DNA from: an uncultured Gammaproteobacteria bacterium
Lineage (GTDB): Bacteria; Pseudomonadota; Gammaproteobacteria; Steroidobacterales; BM003
Direction: 5' to 3'
DNA length: 64,000 nucleotides
Assembly (NCBI GenBank): GCA_963823435.1
Contig: CAWGLN010000006.1
Coordinates: 69 to 64,068, forward strand
The notes below the pieces were generated by a model, which saw nothing but the letters and a program-made list of their open reading frames with translations, was not told where the DNA came from and made no database searches. Positions 54,283-64,000 of this stretch are shown piece after piece. Every line of letters starts with the position of its first letter. Position 1 is the first letter of the stretch. Position numbers and translations under genes: made by a program.

Positions 54283-57200
54283 ATGGCCAGGTTAGCCAGG
54301 TTGGTATTGCTACTGCTTGTATTGTTGTCGGGTTGCGACGGGTATGACCCGGACAAGACCGCTGCCTATCTTGCCGACCTCGGCATCACGGGCTACCAAC
54401 TCGAACCGTCTTTCTCTTCCTCGACCTTCGATTATGTGGCGACCATACCTCCTGGCACCGATTCCATCACCGTGGAAGTCGACCAGCACCCACCAGGGCG
54501 CCACGGTAACGGTCAACGGCGTACTGGTGGAATCCGACGGCGGCAGTATCACCCTGCAGCTTGCCGCGGTGACGAACACGATCAAGGTCGTGGTGCTCTC
54601 GCCCGATAAAATGAGAACCAGGACGTATACGGTGTCGTGAGCAAGCAGTTGTTGAGCTATGCGGTTGGCGGCACGGTGAGCGGTCTGACCGGGACCGTGA
54701 CCCTGCAAAACAATTCGGGCGACGACCTGGCGATCGACGCAAACGGCGTGTTTGAGTTCACCGCCCCGGTCACCGATGGCGATGATTATGCCGTGACCGT
54801 CAGCACCCAGCCTGATGGACAACTGTGCAGCGTTACAAACGGTGCCGGCACGATAGACAGTGCCGATGTGACCGACGTTGCGGTGGACTGTGTCGACCTG
54901 TTTTCGGGTCTGTTCATCGATGATCTGGTCGAGGGTCTTGCCTACTCCTGCTCCTCGGGTATCTGGAATGAAACCACCGCGGCTGGAGAATTTTCCTGTC
55001 CCCAGGGAGATCAGATCACTTTCTGGCTGGGTACGATTGAACTCGGACCGGTATCAACGTCTTCGATCATTTCACCCTACACCCTGTTTCCCGAAGACTC
55101 CCTGGCAGCATCAACCTGGCGCGCCTCTTGCAATCCCTCGACTCGGATCACTCGCCGGATAATAATCTTGCACGTCTATTGCAGTCACTGGACTCGGACT
55201 TGCTCCCGGACAACGGTTTTATCGTAATCGATGACGCCCTCGTCGCCCTGCTGCCACAGACGCTGGATTTTTCTCTCGATGACCCGGAATTTGAAGCGGC
55301 AATGACCTCGTATGGCATTACCCTGGTGTCCGCAGAGGTGGCCGAGGAGAACCTGAGACAGGCCATTGCCGAATACGTTCCGGCCAATAGCGCACCTGTG
55401 GCACAGGCCGGACCCGACCAAGCCGTGGGCGTCGGATCAACCGTTACCCTGAACGGCCTGGCCAGCAGCGACCCGGATGGGGATGCCTTGCTTTATCGCT
55501 GGAATTTTGTGTCCAGACCCGCAGGCAGCAGTGCGCAACTCGTTGCACCGCTTACATACGGTCCGTCGTTTGTTGCGGATGTCGCGGGCAGTTATGTCGT
55601 TCGCTTGCTGGTGTTTGACGGGACCGTGACGGGTATGGACAGCGTAACGGTTACCGCGAATACCGGCGTTGTGGTCCCCGCCGCGCCACAGGGTTTGCAG
55701 GCGGTTCCCGGCGACTCGTCGGTGGCGCTCTCCTGGGACGCAGTAAGTGGCGCGACGGGTTACGTGATCTATTGGAACACTACCGGGAATGTCACCACCT
55801 CAGGCAACTGGATAGGACCGATCGCGAGCACCCAGGCTAACCTGGGCAGCCTGACCAACGGCACGACCTACTACTACCGGGTCGCCGCGAGGAATGCATC
55901 CGGCGAGGGTCCGTTGTCCAACGAGGCCTCTGCGACCCCGACACGGCCGACCTACACTGTCGGAGGCACGGTAAGCGGCCTTACCGGTACGGTGACCTTG
56001 CAAAACAATGGCGGCGACAGTCTCGTGATCAATGCGCCCGGAGGAGCTTTCGCGTTTTCGAACAGCATCCCGGATGGTGGCGGCTACAGCGTGACGGTCA
56101 GTTCCCAACCTGTCGGCCAGACCTGTAGCGTGACCGACCCGGCCAGCGGCACGGTGGCGGCGCCGACGTGACTGACCTCGAGGTGGTCTGCGTTACCCAC
56201 ACCAACACCGTGGGTGGCACGGTCAGCGGCCTCACCGGCACGGTGATCCTGCAGAACAATGGCGCGGACAGTCTCGAGATTTCCGCTAACGGGGAATTCA
56301 CATTCGCCACGGCGGTGGCTTACGGTGGTGATTACCTGGTGACGGTCAGCGCCCATCCCCTGGGCCAGATTTGCAGCGTGGCCAATGGCAGCGGCGTCAT
56401 GGCCGGCGCCGATGTGACCAACGTCAGCGTGAACTGCTTTGACAGCGGCACGCCGACGACCTCCGACTGGAAATGGGCCAACCCCCTTCCCCAGGGGAAT
56501 GATCTTACGGACGTCGCCTGGGGTAACGGCCAGTATGTTGCGGTGGGCCTGTATGGCACGGTCCTGACCAGTGACGACGGACTGACCTGGAGCGTTGGCG
56601 ATATTGGTACCGATGCGTGGCTTTACGGGATTGTCTGGGACGGAAACCGGTTTGTTGCGGTTGGAGAGGACGCGACCGGGGCAGGCAACAGCAACCTTGC
56701 GATCAGTGGGGACGGCGTGAACTGGACATTGCAGGAAGTGGGTGCCCGATATGCCTTTTCAGACATTGCCTGGAGTGGCTCCCGGTATGTTGCGGTAGGT
56801 TATCAGAATCCAGATCCCCAGTTGGGTGGCTCCATCGTTGCCGTCAGTGCCACCAGCACGGATGGCGTGACATGGACGACCCAGACTCATGCAGGATTTT
56901 CATGGGATGACGTCGCGTGGAACGGCAGCGTGTTTGCGGTGATGGAACGTTCGGGTCTGATTCACACAAGCGATGACGGTCGTGAATTGGGTGACGACGG
57001 ATATGGGTCTCACCGGCGCCAGTCTTGGCGACATCGGATCGGATGGTGCTCAATTCGTTGTCGTTGGCGGCGCAGACGGTGTGTACACGAGCCCCGATGG
57101 CCTGGCCTGGACACTTCAGCCAGGCACCAGCCTGGTCAGGGGTCCCAACATCACCTGGGATGGCAATCAGTTTGTGGTGGGAGGCTCTGGGGCTGTCTAT

Positions 57201-58199
57201 ACCAGCCAGGATGGAGTGACCTGGACAGGACAGAACCCGCTTCCGGTCCCCGGGGGTGCCTGGGTTGGTAGCTTGAGCGCGGTTGGCGGCCAGTATATTG
57301 CGTTGGGTAGTAATGGCCTGATTTTCCACACTGCGGACCTCGCGACCTGGACCTTGCTGACCTCCGGTGATTTCACCGGCTTGCAGGATGTTACCTGGGG
57401 CGACAACCTGTTTGTGGCAGTGGGGAACAACAAGACGGTTCGCACCAGCCCGGATGGGATCTCCTGGACAACCCGTGCGAGTAATAATCCGGACTGGGCG
57501 TTATTCGGCGTTGCCTGGGGCGCTGGTCGGTACGTAGCCGTGGGCGCTGGAGACAGCAACCAGGCATTGATCAGTACCGATGGTGTGACCTGGACGCCCC
57601 AAACGGTTGCCAGTGAGTTCCTGGTCCTGGAGAGCGTCGCATGGGGTGGCGGCCAGTTCGTCGCCGCGGGTGAAAACGGCGCGGTTTTCAGCAGCCCTGA
57701 CGGCATCACCTGGACCGCCCAGAGCAACGGTATAGTGGCTACTGACATTTTCTACGATATCAGCTCGAACGGTAGCCTGTTCGTGGCGGTGGGTTATTCA
57801 GACGCTGACCCCTATTACTCGGCGAACTTTATCACCAGCCAGGACGGGATAACCTGGACACCCCAGTTGCTGCCCTATGATCAGGGGGCCCAGAGCGTTG
57901 CCTGGGGTAACGGTCGGTTTGTGGCCGTCGGACACCAGGCCATCCTCACCAGCCTCGATGGACTGACCTGGACTGTGCAGCGCAATAGCATGGATCGGCT
58001 GACGCAAGTGACCTGGACCGGAACCCAATTCGTGGCAACCGGTGACATTGGCGGCGCCACTGTCCTCACCAGTCAAGACGGGGAGACCTGGACCAGCGAG
58101 CGGTCAGTCAGCGGTTTTTACCAGGGTGTCGCCTCGGACGGTAACCGGACGGTCTTTGTGACTGCCTGGGGAGGTATTGTCACCAACGATACGCTTTGA
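54283..58199 (+). CDS. Large surface lipoprotein: cadherin-like domain, three GGTVSGL Ig-like repeats, PKD-like, FN3 and Asp-box propeller (frameshifted)
   Basis: LSGC lipobox; GGTVSGLTGTVxLQNN three times; PVAQAGPDQ; LTNGTTYYYRV; many TSxDGxTW repeats. Confidence 0.8.
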
Positions 58200-58233
58200 A
58201 ACTGTTGGCGCCGTTGTATCGGCTGACCGCGGA

Positions 58234-59274
58234 CTACTTCTCCGTGTTCGAGGGTCTTGCCGGAATACCGATGTGCACCAGGCCATACCCGGACAGGGTG
58301 ATCTGCGGCACCGACATGCCGATGACATGGCCCGACCTGGTCGAGGTGATGACATGACGCTCATCGGTCAAGGGGTCCACCACTTCGCCAAGCACGTCGC
58401 CTTCCTTCACAGAATCTCCCGCCTTGCAGCTGGGAAAGAAGAAACCGCCCTGCTTCAAGGGCACACGAACCCAGGTGGATTTCTTGAATATCCTTGATTC
58501 CGGCACAAGCTCATGGGTTCCCTGCACCATGCCGAGGTACTGCATGACGTTCACGATACCGGTCACGCCCTGGGTGATCGGTTCTTCTTCGAACCTCAAT
58601 GGTTCACCGGCTTCGTAAATGATGGTGAGTACGCCTGCGTCCATGGCCTCTCTCCGCAGACTGCCCTGGGGACCGGCGCCACCGACGATGATGCCGACGC
58701 CAAAATTCCGCGCCAGCTCAAGGGCCTTGGCGTTCGTATCATCGACCCGGATTTGCGGCAGGTTGCTGCGGTGAAAGGACGCCGTATGCAGGTCTACCAA
58801 CACGTCGCAACGCTTGATCACCTGCTCGAATATGGCATAGGCCATTATCGAGGCGACGCTTCCCTGGCGATTGCCCGGAAAGTAGCGATTCAGATCACGC
58901 CGGTCGGGAAGGTAACGGTCGCCATTGCGAAAACCATCGGCGTTTAATGTGGGTAACACAATCAGCATGCCCGCCATGGTGGCCGGGTCGGTCTGGAGGA
59001 ATGCGCGCCTGGCTGACTCGACACCGTTCATCTCGTCGCCGTGAATGCCGGCGGTAACGCACAGGGTCGGGCCGGCGGTGAGGCCGCGGGCGACAAACAC
59101 GGGAATATTCAGGTATGAACCTTCGAATGAACGCTCCTGGATAAAGGAGTACTTGAGCTTCTCACCCGGCTGGATGGTTTGTCGGACCAGTTCCACTGCT
59201 CCCCATTCCTCGCCCTTGGCGACTGGAGTAGTCAGTACGGACAGGGTGGCAACGACAAGCAATAACTGTTTCAT
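58234..59274 (-). CDS. Succinylglutamate desuccinylase/aspartoacylase family (M14) protein, secreted
   Basis: GIHGDE, DLNRYFPG, DLHT, YEAG; signal peptide. Confidence 0.88.
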   Translation of the reverse strand: MKQLLLVVATLSVLTTPVAKGEEWGAVELVRQTIQPGEKLKYSFIQERSFEGSYLNIPVFVARGLTAGPTLCVTAGIHGDEMNGVESARRAFLQTDPATMAGMLIVLPTLNADGFRNGDRYLPDRRDLNRYFPGNRQGSVASIMAYAIFEQVIKRCDVLVDLHTASFHRSNLPQIRVDDTNAKALELARNFGVGIIVGGAGPQGSLRREAMDAGVLTIIYEAGEPLRFEEEPITQGVTGIVNVMQYLGMVQGTHELVPESRIFKKSTWVRVPLKQGGFFFPSCKAGDSVKEGDVLGEVVDPLTDERHVITSTRSGHVIGMSVPQITLSGYGLVHIGIPARPSNTEK

Positions 59275-59383
59275 GGGGACCCCGGGATGGGTTGCGGGGA
59301 ACGGTTCCGGGCAGGGCGGGACGGAAGAAGGAAGCGCAATTCTACGCCCGCGTATTCGCGCTCACAATACCCCTTTCCCGCAA

Positions 59384-60400
59384 CTATTGGGCGTCTTCCT
59401 GACCCGGGAACTTTGACGGGCTTGAGCCGGTCCAGCGACGGAATGCCCGGGTGAAGTTTGCCTGGTCGGAAAACCCCAGCAGGTAGGCGACCTCAGCCAG
59501 GCTGTGCCGACCGTCCTCGATATAGGCCTTGGCCAGTGTTTCCCGGGTTTCCTCCAGCAGGGATTTGTAGGACGTGCCCTCGTTCTGCAAATCCCGACGC
59601 AGGGAGCTGATGCTGCGATTCAGCCGTTTGGCGATTTCGTCCTGACTCAGTTGGCCAGAGGGCAGACCCTGCTGAATCAGGTGCTGAACCCGGACGCTGG
59701 TGGTGGGCGAATCCAGTTTTCGCAGGTAGTGCTCCGAAATCTTGTCAATTTCCCGGGCAAGCTCCGGGTTGCCGTATTCGCTGGGTTTGTTGAAGGTCTT
59801 GTTGTCGATACGCATGCTGTCTCGCGGGGCATCAAATTGCACTTCGCAGCCAAACACATCGCGGTAGCTTTTTGCCAGGCCAAAGTCGGCATGCGAGAGG
59901 GTGATCTTCAGGGGCAGAAAATCATTTCCGGCCACTGAGACCGGAATGCATTCATCAACAAGGCCAGCGTGCAGTCCCTGCCTTGCGGCGACGGCTGGAT
60001 CGTTTGGTGGGGAAAACGCAGAAGGAGATCCGTGTAAGTGGCGCCGGGTGTCACCTCCAGTTCGGTGCCGGTGGTGACGGTCTTGTCGTAGCGACCGATA
60101 CGCGCCACCGCGTCCGCGATGGATGTGCTGGCGAGCAGGGATTGACCCAGCGCATGGGTGATCGAGGGTCGAATAAAGCGGGCGACCGACAGGCCGAAGG
60201 TCGGGTCAGCTGTGAGTTCCACCAGCCTTGCCCACAAGCGGGTCGCCTGGGCGAGGGGAACCCTGGCCTCGTGTTTGATTGATATCCCCGACGTCCAGCC
60301 CGACATCGGCGAACACGGCATCCGCATTCAGCCCGCGCTCAGCCATGGCCATGCGGACGGCCACGCCGACACTGGCCAATGTGCTTGGTTCTCCTAGCAT
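59384..60400 (-). CDS. AraC family regulator (OruR/VqsM type), frameshifted
   Basis: C-terminal EVAYLLGFSDQANFTRAFRRWTG; N-terminal DPTFGL..HALG ligand-binding domain. Confidence 0.9.
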
Positions 60401-60501
60401 GCTTCAACCTTTGATCTGAATTGACAACGACTCGACCGGGGCGGACAAGAGCCCCGCAGCTCCAGTGGCTAGGATAGCGAAGCTTTCACTGGAGTAACAC
60501 T

Positions 60502-60849
60502 ATGCAAAAGCAAGCTGTGCTGGAAGAGCTTTCCAAGCTCTCCCTGGTCCACCAGGTGGGTCAGGCTGCATTCTTGTGGTCCCGCACCAGCAGTTCCATC
60601 CTGGGCCTGACTGACAAGACCAAGCGACAACAGCTTCTGGGGGGGTTTTTGCACGTCGTGTGCGAAACCGCCAGGTTGTCGGCGGCCGAGACTGCGGCAG
60701 CTGCCTACGTTGTAGGGCTGCTCACCGGGAGTGATACGGACGCCATGTCTGCGGCGCGGAAAACCCTGTGTGCGACTCAGGATGAGCACCTGTTCCGGCA
60801 AGGCATGGAAGAAGCCACCCGAATCTTCGAGAGTGCCTGGCATCACTAG
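60502..60849 (+). CDS. Hypothetical protein
   Basis: GGAG RBS and intact 115-aa ORF. Confidence 0.55.
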   Translation: MQKQAVLEELSKLSLVHQVGQAAFLWSRTSSSILGLTDKTKRQQLLGGFLHVVCETARLSAAETAAAAYVVGLLTGSDTDAMSAARKTLCATQDEHLFRQGMEEATRIFESAWHH

Positions 60850-60908
60850 TGACGCGGTGCCCGGGATATACACATGCCTGTGGGGCGCCCCTGGAGTGGA
60901 GAAAACCT

Positions 60909-61916
60909 ATGACGATGTACAGACTGGGGAAAACGCCGGATCTGCAGACGGAAGCCGATGCGATCGCATGGCGCAAGATTGCCGAGGTGCTTCCGGCGGC
61001 CACCGATACCTTGATTCATGCCGTCTGGGGTCATAAACCCAGCGCTGAAGCGGAACAGGATTTACCGACGTACACCCTGGCTGAGCGTTATATCAATTAC
61101 CTGATTAAAGAGAGGTGCCTGGTGGAAGCACAAGCAAAGATTCGGGACATGGACGCAGGCCAGGAGACCCGGTTTATGCCCGGTCCGATACTAATGGAAG
61201 ATTTCGCCGAGTTGATCTCGTCGGAGGTTCGAGGCAAATCCGGCGCCGCGTTCTACTCGGGCAGACTGGCTTTCCAGTCTCCGGCCAGGCTGTACATGCT
61301 GGGTGTAAATCCCGAGGGGTACCCTGAGGAACACGCAGACCAGACCGTGGGGCTGCACACCAACAAGGTCCTTTACGACGCGCCTGATAACTGGTCTGCC
61401 TATCGTGACGAATCATGGAGTGGTGCGCATGCGGGAAGCCTGCCAATGCAGTCCCGGGTCCTGGGCTTGCTGGAGACCCTCGGGCTGAATCCGGGAAAGG
61501 TTCCGGCCAGTAACCTGGTGTTCCAGAGATTTCTCAATGCGAATCAACTTGACGCGAATTTTGAGGAGCTGGCCGGGCAGTGCTGGTCATTTCATCAAAG
61601 TGTGATCAATCGTCTTGATGTGAAAGTGGTTCTTTGCTTTGGCAAGACCGCCGGCGACTGGATACGCGCGCGTATGGAGGCGCACGCTGAGGTCAGCCCG
61701 TTTGCCGATAAAAATCGGCGTGGCTGGACCGGCCGCGTATACCAAAGTCCCACTGGCTTGAGAGTGGTGGTGGCGACTCATCCCGGCCGTGCTGACTGGG
61801 GGGTGCCCGCAGCTGATCCAAGCCGAGCTGGTGCGGTGGGCGATGGAAGAGTAAGGAGAAAATGCTTGTCAGGAGCAACGGGACAGGCTATTTACGACAG
61901 CACCAACAATAAATAA
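60909..61916 (+). CDS. Uracil-DNA glycosylase superfamily-like protein with about 95-aa N-terminal extension (true stop possibly 61854 after a frameshift)
   Basis: Motif A-like LGVNPEG, SNLVF, VVLCFGK and motif B-like THP. Confidence 0.6.
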   Translation: MTMYRLGKTPDLQTEADAIAWRKIAEVLPAATDTLIHAVWGHKPSAEAEQDLPTYTLAERYINYLIKERCLVEAQAKIRDMDAGQETRFMPGPILMEDFAELISSEVRGKSGAAFYSGRLAFQSPARLYMLGVNPEGYPEEHADQTVGLHTNKVLYDAPDNWSAYRDESWSGAHAGSLPMQSRVLGLLETLGLNPGKVPASNLVFQRFLNANQLDANFEELAGQCWSFHQSVINRLDVKVVLCFGKTAGDWIRARMEAHAEVSPFADKNRRGWTGRVYQSPTGLRVVVATHPGRADWGVPAADPSRAGAVGDGRVRRKCLSGATGQAIYDSTNNK

Positions 61917-62026
61917 ATCCCTGCCTGTCCAGGGCGGGGAGTGTCGAGTCTATCCTCACGCCATGCGTACATTGATGACCGGATTATAAACCAGGTACCG
62001 GTCGCGAGTTTCCGGGGGAAGTCTGA

Positions 62027-62776
62027 ATGAACATCCGCACTGTCCCTGTCCTGGCTCTCGCTTTCCTGTACGGTTGTGCGAGCACGCCCAAACTCCCCCA
62101 CATCGCCAGCGGCGAACCCGTGTCCATCGTGGTTGTGATAAGCCCGAAATCCAACGGCGAAAACAGTTTCCAGAATGACGCCTTTGGCAGTGACGTCGGC
62201 AAGGGTGCCGGAAGTGGGGCGCTGGCCGGCGGTTTGTATGGCCTGAGTTGTGGACCGCTCCTGATTCTGTGCGTCCCGTTTGGCGCTGCTGTTGGCGCGA
62301 TCGCCGGATCGGCGGGTGGCGCTGCCGCAAGCGTGGACGGTGTGTTGTCCAAGGAACAGGCTGATTTGCTGGTGGCCCGGCTGCTTCGTCTGAATGAGCA
62401 ACGTGACCAACTGGCCGAGCTGGAATCCCATATCACTGACCGTGCCGGCAGGTACTGGGATCTCAACACTGAGCATCCCACGCACGTTGTGAACGTGGAG
62501 GTGCAGGACCTGATTCTCGGGTCGACACATGGTGACCAGGTACGCAGCATTTTGCGGGTACTCGTCTCGGTCGGGAAGACCGGCGAACCTCCGGCCCGGA
62601 CGACGTCAAAAAAGACGTCAAAGAAAAAGCCGAAGACCAAGCAGTACGAATATGTCGGCCCTTACGCAAGCGTGGCGGTATGGCTGGACGAGGACAGCGA
62701 CTTTGTGGATACCAGTCTGAGCAGCGCCATTCAGCAGATTTCTACCCAGATCGTTTCCGACCTGGCCGTGAATTGA
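62027..62776 (+). CDS. Lipoprotein with glycine zipper, hypothetical
   Basis: LYGC lipobox; GAGSGALAG..CGPLLILCVPFGAAVGAIAG. Confidence 0.7.
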   Translation: MNIRTVPVLALAFLYGCASTPKLPHIASGEPVSIVVVISPKSNGENSFQNDAFGSDVGKGAGSGALAGGLYGLSCGPLLILCVPFGAAVGAIAGSAGGAAASVDGVLSKEQADLLVARLLRLNEQRDQLAELESHITDRAGRYWDLNTEHPTHVVNVEVQDLILGSTHGDQVRSILRVLVSVGKTGEPPARTTSKKTSKKKPKTKQYEYVGPYASVAVWLDEDSDFVDTSLSSAIQQISTQIVSDLAVN

Positions 62777-62843
62777 GGCGTAAAAAATCGGTTCGAGCCA
62801 TGGCCGGTAACCAGGGCCCAGTTGACGGTCAGATTGGGTTAAT

Positions 62844-62865
62844 TAAGGTTGCTGTCCCCCTAATT
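62844..62865 (-). repeat. Copy of the GGGGACAG REP-like repeat
   Basis: Reverse complement is aattagggggacagcaacctta, identical to the 47.2 kb unit core; overlaps the TAG stop of the TRAP gene. Confidence 0.85.
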
Positions 62866-64000
62866 GTTTCCCTGCGCACGGACTTTCTGGCTCATGTACA
62901 CCACACCTACCACCAGCAGACCCAGGCCGTCAGTGAGCAGGGTGGGCCAGTAAAGCAGGACCGTGCCTGCCGCGAGCAGCAGCCACTCGAGCAGGTTGGT
63001 TCGCCGTATGAAGAAGCCCATGGTCAGGGCCGAGAAGGCGAGCGTACCCAGCACGGCCGAGAACATCGAGGACGCGATCTTGGCAGGCCTCGCCGACATC
63101 TCGGCGATGACCGCCCCGGACTCGACCATGCCGCCGCCGGTCACCGTCAGTTTCTTGATCACGCCGTCACGGCTGGCAGTGATCTCGCGGATCTCCTCAC
63201 CGTCCATCACGGTCAGGATCGGGTCGCCCGTTTCCACCGTGTCGCCCGGGCCGCGCCTGGATGTCCAGGACCATCGCGCCCATGAATGTATCGTTCATCT
63301 CCGGCGCGGTCAGCGGTTTGCCCTCGAACAGGATCTGCGGTGTGAAGGCGAACAGTATCGGCACCACGTACAGCAGCTTGGCGAATTTGAAGGCTGTCCA
63401 CCCGGTCTTCCACGGGTCCGATCCGGCGATCGCTGCCCCCGCGTAGGCGGCCACGCAGACCGGCGGTGTGATGTTGGAGTCCTGGCTGAACCAGTAGACG
63501 ATCATGTGCGCCGCAATCAGCACCACCCCGAGTTCCATCAGCGGGGGAACTGCCAGCACGGCGACGATCAGGTAGGCGGCGGTGACCGGCACGCCCATGC
63601 CCAGGATCAGCGAGGCGAGCGCGATCAGCACCAGCGCGAGCATCAGGTTACCGCCGGCGGCGGAGATGATGATTTCGGAAAACTTCAGACCGATTCCGGT
63701 CAGCGAAATGGTGCCGACGATGATCCCGATCACGCCTACTGTGGCCCCGATTATCAGCGTGTTGCGGGCGCCATTCTGGATCGCTTCCCAGATTTCACGC
63801 GGTCCCATGCGGGTCTCCTTCCTGACCCAGCTGACCGCTATGCAGGACAGCGTCGCCCAGAACGCCGCGAAGCCGGGCGAATACCCCATCACCATCAAGA
63901 CGGTGATGATCACCAGCGGCAGTGAGAAGTACCACTCCTTTTTCAGCACTTCGGTCCAGTGCGGCAGGTCCGGGTCCTCGATACCCCGGATGTTGTGTTT
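62860..64000 (-). CDS. TRAP transporter 4TM/12TM fused permease (DctM-type), 5' truncated by the window, frameshift near 63245
   Basis: ILGMGVPVTAAY, AHMIVYWFSQDSNITPPVCVAAYAGAAIA, PILFAFTP. Confidence 0.9.

Noticed and set aside
56500-58150. Recurrent gacctggac-like DNA motifs
   Set aside because: Explained by Asp-box (SxDGxTW) protein repeats.
6694-63300. Programmed frameshifting or phase variation in the many split genes
   Set aside because: Breaks are scattered single-base indels with no consistent slippery motif or long simple repeat.

Overview
GC-rich (about 60% by eye) bacterial DNA that looks gammaproteobacterial. It is probably an error-prone long-read or metagenomic assembly: many genes are split by single-base indels, worst at about 1.6-5 kb, so coordinates of split genes are approximate. 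I saw no rRNA, tRNA, CRISPR array, transposase, integrase or prophage. The dominant feature is nine paralogous membrane-anchored proteins (N-terminus MSFFxELKRR, a TolB-N-like SIAVLPF domain, then TPRs), five of them clustered at 16.5-27.2 kb. Six copies have three predicted TM helices and three have only two, which would put the same soluble module on opposite sides of the membrane. Other notable loci are a TonB-dependent receptor followed by a methyltransferase and two TPR-sulfotransferases, a TRAP fused permease with an inserted lysine-less lipoyl-like domain, a UDG-superfamily protein with an N-terminal extension, a YaaW-like plus DEDDh exonuclease operon, a dispersed GGGGACAG REP-like repeat family and a candidate structured leader RNA before a roughly 4 kb surface lipoprotein. 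The remainder is transport, enzyme and surface-protein genes. All family assignments come from motif recognition by eye; no searches were run.
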